A stretch of DNA of 64,000 bases from Anaeromyxobacter sp. (GTDB lineage Bacteria; Myxococcota; Myxococcia; Myxococcales; Anaeromyxobacteraceae): the NCBI GenBank assembly GCA_049840735.1, contig JASGJN010000022.1, positions 896,001 through 960,000 on the forward strand. The letters run 5' to 3'. The notes below the pieces were generated by a model. That model was not told the origin of the DNA and ran no database searches. It saw nothing but the letters and a program-made list of their open reading frames with translations. The translations under genes and the position numbers were made by a program. Positions 1-11,310 of this stretch are shown here, in pieces (positions within the stretch are counted from its first letter, which is position 1; the number at the start of each line of letters is the position of its first letter).

Positions 1-270
1 GCCGGCGCTCGAGGTTCCACCCTTGGCGACGGAGCCGCCGGCGCTCGAGGTTCCACCCTTGGCGACGGAGCCGCCGGTGCTCGAGGTTCCACCCTTGGCG
101 ACGGAGCCGCCGGTGCTCGAGGTTCCACCCTTGGCGACGGAGCCGCCGGTGCTCGAGGTTCCACCCTTGGCGACGGAGCCGCCGGCGCTCGAGGTTCCAC
201 CCTTGGCGACGGAGCCGCCAGTCGCAACGGAGCCGCCAGTCGCAACGGAGCCGCCAGTCGCAACGGAGCC
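1..270. repeat. Coding tandem repeats: 6 x 36 bp (1-216) then 3 x 18 bp (217-270)
   Basis: Units GCCGG(C/T)GCTCGAGGTTCCACCCTTGGCGACGGAGCC and GCCAGTCGCAACGGAGCC, read directly. Confidence 0.95.
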
Positions 271-489
271 GCCAGTCGAGCTCTTGCCTCCAGCGGTAAT
301 GCTTCCGCCCATCGTTACGCCCGAGGCTCCACCGACGCCGACGGGACTTCCGCCCACCGTCACCGCGCCGCCAACCCCGGCGATCATGCCACCACTGCCC
401 TGAATGGGGCCCGTCGGATCATCCGATCCATCGCAGCCAATGATTCCAAGTGCAATTAGGGCAAAAGTATGCGGTATCTTTGTACGCAC
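1..489 (-). CDS. Lipoprotein with Gly/Ser/Thr-rich tether (N-terminal part; runs off the window edge)
   Basis: Manual translation gives GTG at 489 with GGAGG at 495-499, MRTKIPHTFALIALGIIGC (lipobox), then GGSVAT and GGSVAKGGTSSA repeats. Open to position 1; absent from the ORF track. Confidence 0.8.
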   Translation of the reverse strand, partial: MRTKIPHTFALIALGIIGCDGSDDPTGPIQGSGGMIAGVGGAVTVGGSPVGVGGASGVTMGGSITAGGKSSTGGSVATGGSVATGGSVATGGSVAKGGTSSAGGSVAKGGTSSTGGSVAKGGTSSTGGSVAKGGTSSTGGSVAKGGTSSAGGSVAKGGTSSAG

Positions 490-554
490 AGGTACCTCCG
501 ACTGAAGACTGAAACGTGATTCCCGCAACCAAGTGATTTGATCACCCCGCGCTT

Positions 555-577
555 GCAGAAATTTATCGCATTTCTGC
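555..577. promoter_or_regulatory. Inverted repeat GCAGAAAT-N7-ATTTCTGC, candidate operator
   Basis: Perfect 8 bp arms in an AT-rich patch about 65 bp upstream of the lipoprotein start at 489. Confidence 0.4.
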
Positions 578-1111
578 GTGCTATTTCGTCATTCGTGACG
601 TGTCGCTCGTCGGGAGATCGCTCGGCGACGAACCCGAGCGCAGCAGCGGTCCTGCTTGTCTCGCGGTCAAGCTCGTCCGCCAACGATCTTACCAAACATC
701 GGATGCGATGCTCCGTGTAGAGGCGCGGGAGCGCGACGGTCGCGCCGCCAACGGTCGTGCACGTCGAATCTGGCCGGGACGAGGCGCTGCGTCGTCGCTC
801 GAACTTCCGTGCGTGGCGGAGTCGCACCGAATCGCGTGACCGGACGCCGCGCAGGTCCACGTGAGCGCGTGAGGTGCTTTCTCGACTCTCGATGGTCGTT
901 TCCGGAGTTTCGAGGCTGCCCGCCGTGGATTTTTTGTTTTGCCGTCGTGGCAACGGTCAGGTCCGTTTGCACGACGTAAAATCCAAACGAATACGACACG
1001 CGGTTTCGGTGCGATGCCTCGCGAGCCCAAAGTGGAGCTCCAGAGTTCGGCGAGCCGCTTCCCCAAACGGATTCGTATCTTTGCTATTGGGAGCGTGTGC
1101 TTCGCATCGTT

Positions 1112-2185
1112 TCAACCGCGACCGTCTTCGCCTTCGGACGAATCTCGTAGACAGAGCCGACCCTTGGCGGCATCCAGTCGCGCGATTCCGAGATAAACGT
1201 AATCCGTGCCGTCAGTGGCGAGCACGAAGGCCGTTTCGGCGGGATGAAAGATCAAGTCGAGCTTTGGAAGGAGACCGCGAATTGGCTTTTGTCCAACGGG
1301 GAGCACCACGAACAGGTGACCGCCGATACGTGACACAAGTGAGCTCGGCTGGTTATCGAGTCCGAATACCGTGGAGAATTGTGTGCGAGCGAAGCGCGCG
1401 TGGCACTCGGGAGCCAAGGATTCAGGCGTAATCACCGTGCGCAGTGTCGCCAAGATAACGTCGTCTTCGCCGATCGGAACGGGCTTGATCCGAGGTTCGT
1501 CAGACGAAAATTGGAGCTTACGACCGACACGTTGGACGCGCTTCAAGTGAAGACTCTCGTCGCCGTAGCGATCCTTGCGAGCCAGAAGGACGATCTTGCC
1601 TTCGACAGCGGCTGGCCCCAAACGCTGACGCTTGAAGACGAGCCAATCGCCATCGCGGATCGAAGACCGAAAGCCTTGCATCGAATCACCGGACGCGCGC
1701 GCGGCAAAGTCAGTGGCCGCATTGAATCGACCAGGGAGCTGCACCGTCTCGACGATTGCATCCTGCTTTGCCCGCTTCGTCGTGGCCCAACCCGCTGCTA
1801 CCTGGAGTGAGGGAAATGCCGTTACGGGGTGCAACGTCGCTGGAGCCCGCAGGGGCAGACGCACGGATTGGCGCAGCTGCGAGAGCGAACGCCGTCGATC
1901 GTCTTCTGGAAGATGTCTCGTCAGCTCGGCGAGACGATCGCGCTCGCTCTGTTCCGGGAGCACCAACAGATCGAACAACTGTAACTCGAGGCGCTCCGCG
2001 ATCTTTTCCAATGTGACGAGAGAGGGGAGAGCGTACCCATTTTCGATGTCGCTCATGAAGCCCTTCGACCCCACATCACTCTCATAAGCGAGTTTTTCCG
2101 AAGTGATTCCCTGTTCAGAGCGCAAACGTTTGATGCGCTGACCGATGGCCTGGGCCAACGGAATTGGGGTAGGTCGACGCGGCAT
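1112..2185 (-). CDS. XRE-family HTH / S24 peptidase (CI/LexA-like) regulator with extra C-terminal domain
   Basis: HTH_XRE pattern IGQRIKRLRSEQGITSEKLA...SDIENG...PSLVTLEKIA; Ala-Gly site (VAAG); S24 Ser (GDSM) and Lys (LKRV). Start taken at MPRRPT. Confidence 0.8.
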   Translation of the reverse strand: MPRRPTPIPLAQAIGQRIKRLRSEQGITSEKLAYESDVGSKGFMSDIENGYALPSLVTLEKIAERLELQLFDLLVLPEQSERDRLAELTRHLPEDDRRRSLSQLRQSVRLPLRAPATLHPVTAFPSLQVAAGWATTKRAKQDAIVETVQLPGRFNAATDFAARASGDSMQGFRSSIRDGDWLVFKRQRLGPAAVEGKIVLLARKDRYGDESLHLKRVQRVGRKLQFSSDEPRIKPVPIGEDDVILATLRTVITPESLAPECHARFARTQFSTVFGLDNQPSSLVSRIGGHLFVVLPVGQKPIRGLLPKLDLIFHPAETAFVLATDGTDYVYLGIARLDAAKGRLCLRDSSEGEDGRG

Positions 2186-2265
2186 GGGCGAAGGACCGTA
2201 GATCCAGCTGCCTTTCGCTAAGTTCGTCCTGGACGAACGTCGCCGCGTCGTGCTTTCATAAGAAG

Positions 2266-2980
2266 GTGATTGCACGACCACATTTGCGGCTGAATCAGGG
2301 GCAATGGAACCTGTGGCGTTTGTCGGACGAGGAATTCACGAAGCTCACCCACACCGCACTCCGTCTAGCCCCAAACTATGCGTTGGTCTTACGCCTGAAT
2401 CGTCATCGCTCGGTGTATGGTCGACGTTTGGAGTTGGGTGAGGCGCTCGTCGTTCTCGAGCGACGTTTCGGCAAGAGCTCGACGGCGTACGATGGGTTTC
2501 GAGGATCGTTCTGCTTTCCTCTCCTGCTCACCTGCGAACGCGTACCGCGACGCAGTTACCTGGTGCGCGTACACGACTGCCGAGGAACGATCTACTTTCC
2601 ACTGTTTCGCGTCGTAGACCGTGAGCCGACCGCAGCGCAGCGTTCGCGATTTCACAGCCCTTGGGCGAAGGAGTTTCCCCAATCGGGAGATCGACGCCTT
2701 CATCACCGCGTTCTTCGAGTACTTGCTACTCGTCGCGGAAACGCTCGGCGATGACGTCGTCTCGCCATTCTATCGAGCCGTAGAGAGTGACATGCTCCTT
2801 TACGGCCGTGACGGCGAGGGGCGGTTTTTCGAAGACGCGTACGATACCGTGGAAGCCTTCGGCGTCGCGCGCGCGGATCTCGAATCTCGGTTTGGAAGCA
2901 TGCACGGTGGAGATTGGGTCGTTCGCGAGCGCATTATGGCGAACTACGTCGCAGAGCCCCGAAAGGCAGTGTCGCCCTGA
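2266..2980 (+). CDS. Hypothetical protein (frameshift about 2680)
   Basis: ORFs 2266-2754 and 2621-2980 join across a C-run at about 2677-2680 (KEFP|NREIDAFI) into one globular-looking protein. Confidence 0.6.
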
Positions 2981-3032
2981 TATCGAGCACATCACCACCT
3001 GGACTTCGCGCGAGCGCCGGAGCCGGCTCGTC

Positions 3033-4473
3033 CTAGAGACAGGCGTCGCTTTGATCGGCACTATCGACGACCCAGAGGAAGTAATTTTGCCCGTTCTGGA
3101 CCCAGTAGCCCTCCCAGACTCCAGAACCCGATGACGTCACGTTGCCCTCGGCTTGGAGCCATCCGACTGGGTGGCAGCCGGAGCAGTCTGTAAATACAAT
3201 CGTTACTTCCTGGTCGATAGCAGGGCGTCGCATCGCATCCCTTCGTCGTGATATCGCCAGCAATTCGCACTCGCATCCCCTCGACACCGTCGGTAAGCGC
3301 TTGGTTGTTGCGGAAGTAAGGGTTCTGGTACGCCGTAGATAGGCTGCCCCAAGAATACGTGCATTTGACGAGTTCTGCGTTGTTCAGGTTGTTCTTGAAA
3401 ACGCCCGTCACGGTTACGGTCCACCCGGCAGCACGGGTGAGGCTGAGCGAGACTGCGGGACGCGTCATGATTGCGGAATTGAGCGCCGGATCACCAACGA
3501 GATCCGTAGCCGTTTCGATGCTCGAGGTGTATTTGAGCTCCGTTTCGCGGATGAACAACATCTGATTTCCAGAGACTTCGATCATTCCGGAAAGTCGCAC
3601 GCCAGTCGACACCGTGACCAAGGAATCGACCGGAACCTTGCCCTCGCGGATCGCGTGAATCGTCGTGCTCAAGGCACCAACCGTCCAACTCCGCGAGAGC
3701 TCCGGTCCCGCGACGTTCGCTGAATTGTAGGCTCGCACCGTGAAGCTGTGGGTTCCCGCGCCGAGATTCGGCATGGTGAGCCCGCTCGTGCAATCGGCAT
3801 AGCTTCCGCTGTCGGGCTTGCACTCGTATCGGGTTGCGCCCGAGGGACTCGAGCCGAAGGTGAAGCTGGCCGTGGTAAGTGACGTGGTTGCGCCGTTCGC
3901 CACGGATGCACTCGTCACGACGACGCTCATGAGTGGAGCCGTGGTCGTCGCGGTGGTCGTGCCTCCCTGGCCCGTAGTGCCGCCGGAATTCGTAGTGCCA
4001 CCGACATTGGTCGAGCCGCCGCGTGTGGTGGTGCTGCCGCCGACATTGCTCGTACCGCCGGAACTCGTGCTGCCGCCGGTCGTCCCAGCGCCGCCAAGAC
4101 CTGCGCTTCCGCCGAGTGCACCCTGTCCACCTTGCGCCGTGGTTCCAGCCGTTCCTCCGGCGGGCAGCGTGTCCGTCGTCGACTGAGTGCCGCCATTGCT
4201 CGATGGATTCGAGTTGAAGCTTCCACCCTGCCCACCCACCGAAGACGCATCGGTGGTCGTTCCACCTTGCGGAGCGCTCGTCGCGCTGCTCGGTGTCGAG
4301 CCGCCCTGGGCACCGCCTTTTCCTGCCGAGGTTTTTCCGCCGTCGCCGCCGTCTTCGGCCTTCATCAACTGATCCATCGGGCGGTCTTTGGTCGCGCACC
4401 CCGGCAACGCCAGAGCAAGCAAGCCGAGTGCAACGATGGCGCAGGATCGAGACGACGTGTTCTGCTGGCTCAT
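3033..4473 (-). CDS. Lipoprotein: G/T-rich tether, Ig-like domain, putative OB-fold region (probable frameshift about 3215)
   Basis: Lipobox LALPGC; GGT repeats; YECKPD...CTS...GTHSFTVRAYN Ig-like motif; C-terminus continues in the frame of ORF 3033-3287. Confidence 0.65.
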
Positions 4474-4654
4474 ACCGGGAAGCTCCAACTGCGTAGGGTA
4501 TCATGCCCCCGCGCCATTGACGCGGGAAACGTCGACGGTGCTTGGTATTTCGAGCTCAGCCCCGGGGTCAATATCAACATTTCACCTGAAATTGCCCCAC
4601 GTCATGTGCCCACATGGAGATTGTCGCGGTCTGCGCTAGCTTCCGCCGTCCCTC

Positions 4655-6835
4655 ATGCCCGCTCCCGGTTTGTTTTCCTATCGGCCCTTCTGGGCCAAGC
4701 GTTTCGGGATCGCTCCGTTTCTGCCGCGAAGCCGCGCCGAAATGGACGAGCTTGGTTGGGACGCGTGCGACATCGTGCTCGTCACCGGGGACGCCTACAT
4801 CGATCACCCGAGCTTCGGTATGGCGTTGATTGGTCGCGTTCTCGAGGATCAGGGCTTCCGAGTCGGGATCATCGACCAGCCCGATTATCGAAGTGCGGAG
4901 GCTTTTGCATGTCTCGGTGAACCCACGCTCTACTTCGGCGTGACCGCGGGCAACATGGACTCTCTCGTGAATCATTACACGAGTGACAAGAAGCCCCGCA
5001 GTGACGACGCTTATACTCCGGGGGGCGTTGCCGGATTGAGGCCCGATCGCGCGAGCTTGATTTACACGCAGCGCTGTCGTGAGGCCTTCCCGAACACCCC
5101 TGTCATTCTCGGCGGGATCGAGGCGAGCCTTCGACGTCTTGCCCATTACGATTATTGGTCCGACAAGGTGCGTCGCTCGCTGCTCGTCGATTCCGGCGCC
5201 GATCTCCTGGTGTACGGCAACGCCGAGCGCGCCATCGTCGAGCTCTCCCATCGTCTCGCGCGGGGCGAGGCCGTCCGCGAGATCCTCGACGTGCGGGGTA
5301 CGGTCGTGCGTCGTCCGACGGGCGAAGCGGGGCCCCTCGACGTTCCCGAAGGGACGTTCATCGTCGAGCATTCCGAGAGCTTGGACGAACCCGGGCGAGT
5401 CGAGCCGATTGCGAATCCCTATGGTGACGAGAGCGCGTCGTCTTCCTGTTCGACGAGCGTGGAAGCCCTACCGTCGCGAGAGCAACTCGTCGAGCTGCGC
5501 CGCAAACGCGCGCAGCATCCGCGAGAAAAGACCGTCATTCGGATGCCGTCCTGGGACACATTGCGAAAAAACAAGGTCTTGTACGCTCACGCCTCCCGCG
5601 TATTTCACCTGGAGAGCAATCCCAAGAACGCGCGCTGTCTCGTGCAGCGCAATGGTGACACCGACGTGTGGGTCAATCCTCCCCCGCTACCGCTATCGAC
5701 GGAGGAGATGGACCACATCTACGATTTGCCCTACCAGAAGCGTCCCCACCCGACGCATCAAGGGAACAAGATCCCAGCCTTCGAGATGATCCGGTTTTCC
5801 GTGACCATCCTGCGAGGTTGCTTCGGCGGATGCTCCTTCTGTTCGATTACCGAGCACGAGGGACGCATCATCCAGAGTCGTTCGGAAGGTTCCATCCTGC
5901 GCGAGCTCGGACAAATGCGCGAGCTCGACGGCTTCACCGGCGCCGTCAGCGACTTGGGCGGCCCCACGGCGAACATGTATCGAATGGCGTGCAAGAGCCG
6001 CGAGATCGAGTCGAAGTGTCGGAAGCCTTCCTGCGTCTATCCGAAGCTCTGCGACAATCTCAACCGCGATCACGGCCCACTGATTCAGCTCTATCGTAAA
6101 GCGCGTGCCGTGCCCGGGATCAAGAAGATCGCCATCGCCTCTGGGCTTCGTTACGATCTTGCCGTCGAGAGCCCGGAATACATCAAGGAGCTCGTCACCC
6201 ATCACGTTGGCGGTTACCTGAAGATCGCTCCCGAACACATCGAGGAGGGTCCGCTCTCGAAGATGATGAAACCCGGGATCGGCACCTACGAGCGCTTCAA
6301 GGAGCTATTCGACCGCTACTCCCGCCAAGCCGGCAAAGAGCAATATCTCATTCCGTATTTCATCGCGGCCCATCCCGGGACCACGACGAAGGACATGGTA
6401 GCCCTCGCGCAATGGCTGAAGGCGAACGGTTATCGCGCCGATCAGGTGCAGGCCTTTTTGCCGTCACCCATGTCCTATTCGACGGCCATGTACTACTCGG
6501 GGAAGAACCCGCTGCACCCCGTCAAACGCGGCGAGGGCGACGTCTTTACGGCGAAGTCGGCAGAGGACCGCGCGCTCCAGAAGGCGTTCCTTCGTTACCA
6601 CGATGCGAAACACTGGCCGCTGCTTCGTTCGGCTTTGGCGCGAATGGGGCGGGCCGATTTAATCGGATCGGGACCGCAGCGGCTCGTTCCGCGCGACAAT
6701 GGATACTCGCGGACCCAAGGTGGTCCACAGCCATCCCCTGGGACTTCGCGCTTCGCGACGCAACACACCGGGCTGCCCGATTTCGTTGCGAAGGCGCCAC
6801 GTGCGCCGCGGGGGCGCGGTTCGAAGGCTAGGTGA
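4655..6835 (+). CDS. ygiQ: YgiQ/UPF0313 family radical SAM protein
   Basis: [37 protein letters not shown] (CxxxCxxC), [18 protein letters not shown]. Confidence 0.93.
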   Translation: MPAPGLFSYRPFWAKRFGIAPFLPRSRAEMDELGWDACDIVLVTGDAYIDHPSFGMALIGRVLEDQGFRVGIIDQPDYRSAEAFACLGEPTLYFGVTAGNMDSLVNHYTSDKKPRSDDAYTPGGVAGLRPDRASLIYTQRCREAFPNTPVILGGIEASLRRLAHYDYWSDKVRRSLLVDSGADLLVYGNAERAIVELSHRLARGEAVREILDVRGTVVRRPTGEAGPLDVPEGTFIVEHSESLDEPGRVEPIANPYGDESASSSCSTSVEALPSREQLVELRRKRAQHPREKTVIRMPSWDTLRKNKVLYAHASRVFHLESNPKNARCLVQRNGDTDVWVNPPPLPLSTEEMDHIYDLPYQKRPHPTHQGNKIPAFEMIRFSVTILRGCFGGCSFCSITEHEGRIIQSRSEGSILRELGQMRELDGFTGAVSDLGGPTANMYRMACKSREIESKCRKPSCVYPKLCDNLNRDHGPLIQLYRKARAVPGIKKIAIASGLRYDLAVESPEYIKELVTHHVGGYLKIAPEHIEEGPLSKMMKPGIGTYERFKELFDRYSRQAGKEQYLIPYFIAAHPGTTTKDMVALAQWLKANGYRADQVQAFLPSPMSYSTAMYYSGKNPLHPVKRGEGDVFTAKSAEDRALQKAFLRYHDAKHWPLLRSALARMGRADLIGSGPQRLVPRDNGYSRTQGGPQPSPGTSRFATQHTGLPDFVAKAPRAPRGRGSKAR

Positions 6836-7484
6836 AGCGCAGGGGCTCCGTCACGCCAATCTCGGCGCCGAGCTGCTGTAGGTACTGTCGTAGGAAAGCG
6901 ACGCGCTCCTCGGCCAGCAAACGCGCCGTTTGCGTCGTCAAGCGCTCGGGGATTTTGAGCAGCTTTTTGAAGAAGTGATCGATCCCGAACTCCTTGTCGT
7001 TCGGCTCTCGACGATGGGCAAAGGGGTCCTCGGGGCAGTGAAATGGACGCTTCATGGACGCACAGGTGGCAAAACAGCGAGCAATGCCGATGGCTCCAAT
7101 GGCGTCCAATCGGTCTGCGTCTTGAAGGATCTGCGCTTCGAGGGTGCTGGCAGTCTTTCCAGCGGAGAAAGCGTGGACGCGGATGCACTCCGTCACGCTG
7201 TCGCGAAAGTCGGCCGCGAAGCCCTCCGCGTCGAGGAGCGCGAAGGCCGCTTGCGCACAGAGCTCGCCCGAACGATGGGACTCGGGATGATTCTTCGGCA
7301 AGTTGACGAGCTCGTGGAGGAGCGCTGCGACGTGACAAATGTCGTGGTTGGCCCCCTCCGCCCTGGCCAGAATGGCTGCGTTTTTGACGACGCGAAGGAC
7401 GTGCGTGAAGTCATGTGCCGGCTCTGCGTCGACGAGCACGCGTTCCGCGTGAGCGCGCAGGGATTGGAACGGATCGATGGTCAT
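6828..7484 (-). CDS. HD-domain phosphohydrolase (YedJ-like)
   Basis: [43 protein letters not shown]. Confidence 0.88.
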   Translation of the reverse strand: MTIDPFQSLRAHAERVLVDAEPAHDFTHVLRVVKNAAILARAEGANHDICHVAALLHELVNLPKNHPESHRSGELCAQAAFALLDAEGFAADFRDSVTECIRVHAFSAGKTASTLEAQILQDADRLDAIGAIGIARCFATCASMKRPFHCPEDPFAHRREPNDKEFGIDHFFKKLLKIPERLTTQTARLLAEERVAFLRQYLQQLGAEIGVTEPLRFT

Positions 7485-7615
7485 GCCGGGTCAAGCATTA
7501 CGGGGATCGCGAAAAAGGAAACCCGAAAGTGCGCTTCGGAGGCGTCCGCCCGGCGAATGTAGCGCCGATCTGCGGTATGCTGTCCCTTGGACCACTCCCG
7601 GGGAGCCCATCGAAC

Positions 7616-10248
7616 ATGTTGACGGTGATTCGATTCCTTGTCTCTTTGCTGCTGCGACTCAGGTATCGCATCGTGCTGCGCGGCTTCGATGTTCTCGCGC
7701 CGCAGGACGACCGCGGCATCTTGTTTTTACCGAATCACCCGGCCCTCATCGATCCGATCATCTTGCTCAGCATCGTGACTCGCCGCTTTCCAGTGGGCGT
7801 ACTCGCCGATCAGTCTCAGCTCGATCGCCCCGTCATTCGCCAACTCGCGCGCTACCTTCCCGTCAAGGCGATCCGCGATCCCGGCCGTGATCGCGACGCC
7901 AAGACCCAAATCGAAAAGCTCCTGCGCGAGATCATCGACGGCCTCTCCCAAGGCCAATCGTTTCTTCTCTATCCCGCGGGACGCATCTACCGAGGGAAGG
8001 AAGAGCATCTCGGCAGCAATAGCGCGGTCGAGACGGTCCTTGCCGCTTGTCCTCGGGTGCGCGTCGTGCTCGTGCGCACCACGGGGCTTTGGGGAAGCGC
8101 GTTCAGTCGCGCATCGGGCGAAGCGCCGAAGGTGGGCAACGCGTTGCGGCGCGGTATTCTCGGACTACTTCAGAGCTTTTTGTTTTTCGCGCCGCGGCGG
8201 ACGGTCACGGTGACCTTCGCGGAGCCCGAGGATTTGCCGAGAAACGCTGAACGACACGAGCTCAATCGCTATCTCGAGCGCTTCTACAACCAAGAGGTCA
8301 AGGGGAACACTTACGTGCCCTACGGCATTTGGGAGCGGGGCGGGCAGCGCAAGCTCCCGGAGCCCGAGGGCGCGCGAGGGACCCTGCGACAGGTGAGCGT
8401 TCCGAAAACGACGCGCGCGCTCATCGAGGCGCATCTTCGCGAGGTCACGGGCGTGCGCGAGATCCGCGACGACCTGCGCTTGGCCCAGGATCTCGGTCTC
8501 GATAGCCTGGCGCGCGTCGAGCTCCAGGCCTTCATCGAGGCGGAGTTCGGTTTCCCCCAGAGCGACGGGGATTCCCTCGAGACCGTCGCCGATGTACTGC
8601 TCGCGGCGTCGGGTGAGGGCAACGTGGGGCTGCGCGACGAGCTCAAGCCAATTCCCGCTCGGTGGTTCGAATCACGCACGAAGGACCGATTGGCGATCGG
8701 AGACGAGCCGACGGTGACGGAGGCATTCATCCATGCCGCATTGCGAAGACCGTGCTCCGTCGTGGTTGCCGATCAAAACGGCGGTGCGCGTCGCTATCGC
8801 GATCTCTTGACGGGGCTCTTCGTGTTGGTTCCGGAGCTCGAGCGGATCCCTGGCAAGTACATCGGGATCATGCTTCCCGCCTCCGTCGGGGCGACCCTTG
8901 CGTATCTCGCGACGCTCTTTGCCGGAAAAACACCGGTGATGCTCAACTTCACGACGGGCCCACGAGGGATCACCCATGCCGTCGAGCACCTCGGGATCGA
9001 ACGGATCCTCACGGCGCGATTGCTGCTTTCGCGGTTGGATTCGGAGGGGTTCAACGGCGCGAAGGACCTTGCGTCCAAGTGGTATTTCTTGGAGGATCTC
9101 GCTCCCTCGATCTCCCTTCCGCGTAAGCTTTTCGCCGCCTTCCGGGCCCGGTTCTTCCCGCGGTCACTCGTGCGAGCGAAGCCGCCTCAGATCGCCGTTG
9201 TGCTCTTCACGAGCGGCTCGGAGAATCTCCCGAAGGCCGTGCCCTTGACGCACGCGAACCTGCTAACGAACCTGCGGGACGTCCTCACCAACATCGTCAT
9301 ATGCGACGATGACGCGCTCCTTGCGATGCTCCCGCCGTTTCACTCCTTCGGTCTGACCATCGACATGGTTTTGCCTCTGATTACGGGACTCCGCGTCGTG
9401 TTTCACAGCAATCCCCTCGAGTCCGCGAAGCTCGCGGCCATCATCGAGAAGTATCGGGCGAGCGTGCTCGTCGGCACGCCGACGTTTCTCTCAGGGATCG
9501 TCGGCGCGGCTCGCCCCGGGCAGCTCGGGGCGCTAAGACTTGCCGTTACGGGCGCGGAGCCCTGTCCTCCACGAGTTTATGACGCGCTCGCGGAGCGTTG
9601 TCCGGGCGTCGTCGTCATCGAGGGATACGGCATCACGGAGTGTTCGCCCGTCGTCAGCGCCAACGTCCCGGGGCGCGAGCGGCGAGGCACCATTGGAGAA
9701 GTGTTGCCCTCCGTCGAGTCGATCATCGTCGATCCGGATTCGCTCGAGCCTGTGCCAGATGGCAGCCGCGGTCTTCTACTCGTGCGGGGGCCGAGCGTTT
9801 TCGGAGGGTACTTGGGGGAAGGCGCCGAAAGCCCCTTCCTCGAGACGCAGGGCAAGCTCTGGTACCGCACTGGGGATCTGGTGAAACGCGAAGAGGGGTT
9901 CCTCACGTTCTTGGGCCGCATGAAACGATTCGTGAAGGTTGGCGGCGAGATGATCTCGCTGCCTGCCATCGAAGCGGTGCTGCAACAGGCGTATCCCCAG
10001 GGAGCGGAAGAGGGCCCGAACCTCGCCGTAGATGTGCCCCCGGGGATCACCCGGAACTCGTGCTCTTTACGACCTTCGCCGCGGATCGCGAAATCGTCAA
10101 TCGGCAGCTGCGGCAAGCCGGGCTTTCGCCGCTACACAACGTGCGACGGATCCAACGAGTGGAGACGATCCCCATGCTCGGTACGGGGAAGACGGACTAT
10201 CGCGCTCTCAAGGCGCAACTCGCCGAGGACACGGGCGCCGCGACGTGA
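7616..10248 (+). CDS. Aas-like fusion: PlsC acyltransferase + ACP + AMP-binding acyl-ACP synthetase (frameshift about 10040)
   Basis: NHPALID (HxxxxD), DLGLDSL phosphopantetheine site, FTSGSENLPKAV, EGYGITE, YRTGD; C-terminal PMLGTGKTDY lies in the other frame after a C/G run. Confidence 0.88.
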
Positions 10249-10429
10249 GTTGGTGTGAAGCGCCAGTTCGAAGGCCCAGTCCGGTCTCGCGAGATCACGC
10301 GAGACCACTCGCAGAGCTCGCCAAGCTGGCGGGCCGTTGTCAGCTGGTGAGCATCGCTACCGGAGATGGTCCGCTTACGACTTGGTTAGCCGAATGCACC
10401 AAAATCGCATTTGGCGTTTGGTGTGTGGG

Positions 10430-11087
10430 CTAGTTGAGCGGTCCCCTCGGCTGGTGCACATAGGGCTTGCGGGCGATGAGCTCGAGCACTGCGCAGCGCC
10501 CAACGTGCTGACTTCCCTCGTCGAGGAGGCGCTCCACCTGCGCCACTCGCAGGATCTCGAGTCCGCGCAGCTCGGAGAGGATTCTCCTCTTTGGTTGGAA
10601 GGAGCGCGAGCTCCGTGGGGCCGCCGGTCCCAAAGGTCAACTGCTCAGGCCGGAATGCTTCGAGGACGAATATGCCGCCGGGGCGCAGGGCTCGGACGAC
10701 GCGACCGTGGACTCGTCTTCGAATCGCAGGCGCGAGATGACAGAAAATGGACACAATCGTCTGAAATTGCGTTTCTTCCAGCTCGAAGGTAGCTAGGTCC
10801 GCACAGTGAAGTTCGACGTTCACCCCCCGTTCCAGGGCGAGCCTTCGTGCTTGCTCGAGCGCAACAGGCGAGGAGTCCACCCCAAGTACGGCGTGGCCCA
10901 AGGATGCCAAAAACACGGCGTTCCGACCTTCGCCTTCACCCAGGGATAGGACCGCTCCTCGCTCGAAGAACGACGAAACGGAAACCAGAAATGGATTCGG
11001 TTCCGTGCCGTACGGATATTCGCTGGGGACGGGGATGGTAATCACAGCGGTTCGTTGCTGCGTCCCTTCGATGGCCGCAGCATCCAA
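10430..11087 (-). CDS. Class I SAM-dependent methyltransferase (frameshift about 10585; start uncertain)
   Basis: YGTEPNPFL, VLSLGEGEGRNAVFLA, LRPGGIFVLEAF; C-terminus LDEGSQHVGRCAVL in the second frame. Confidence 0.85.
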
Positions 11088-11310
11088 GAAAACGGCAGGT
11101 TGCGGCGAATACTTAGGGAAATCGAGGCCAAGTTCGTTGGCTTCGTGGAAACGTCACGGATTTTCGCGGTCCGCCGGCCTTCCGAGGGAGGTGCGCTGCT
11201 GCGCACTCACGACCACCCGGATGGCCATCGCGTCGTTTACCCTCGAGAAGGACTGCTCGAGGCCCGAGCTATCGTGTTACGTTGCGGCGTAAGTATCCTA
11301 AGGGAGGACT

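Noticed and set aside
23..403. Pro-rich plus-strand ORF (and similar antisense ORFs at 3818, 27675, 30775, 48890)
   Set aside because: These are antisense shadows of Gly-, His- or Cys-rich genes that have an RBS, lipobox or domain motifs on the other strand.
1112..2980. Prophage immunity region
   Set aside because: No integrase, Cro-like, replication or structural phage genes flank it.
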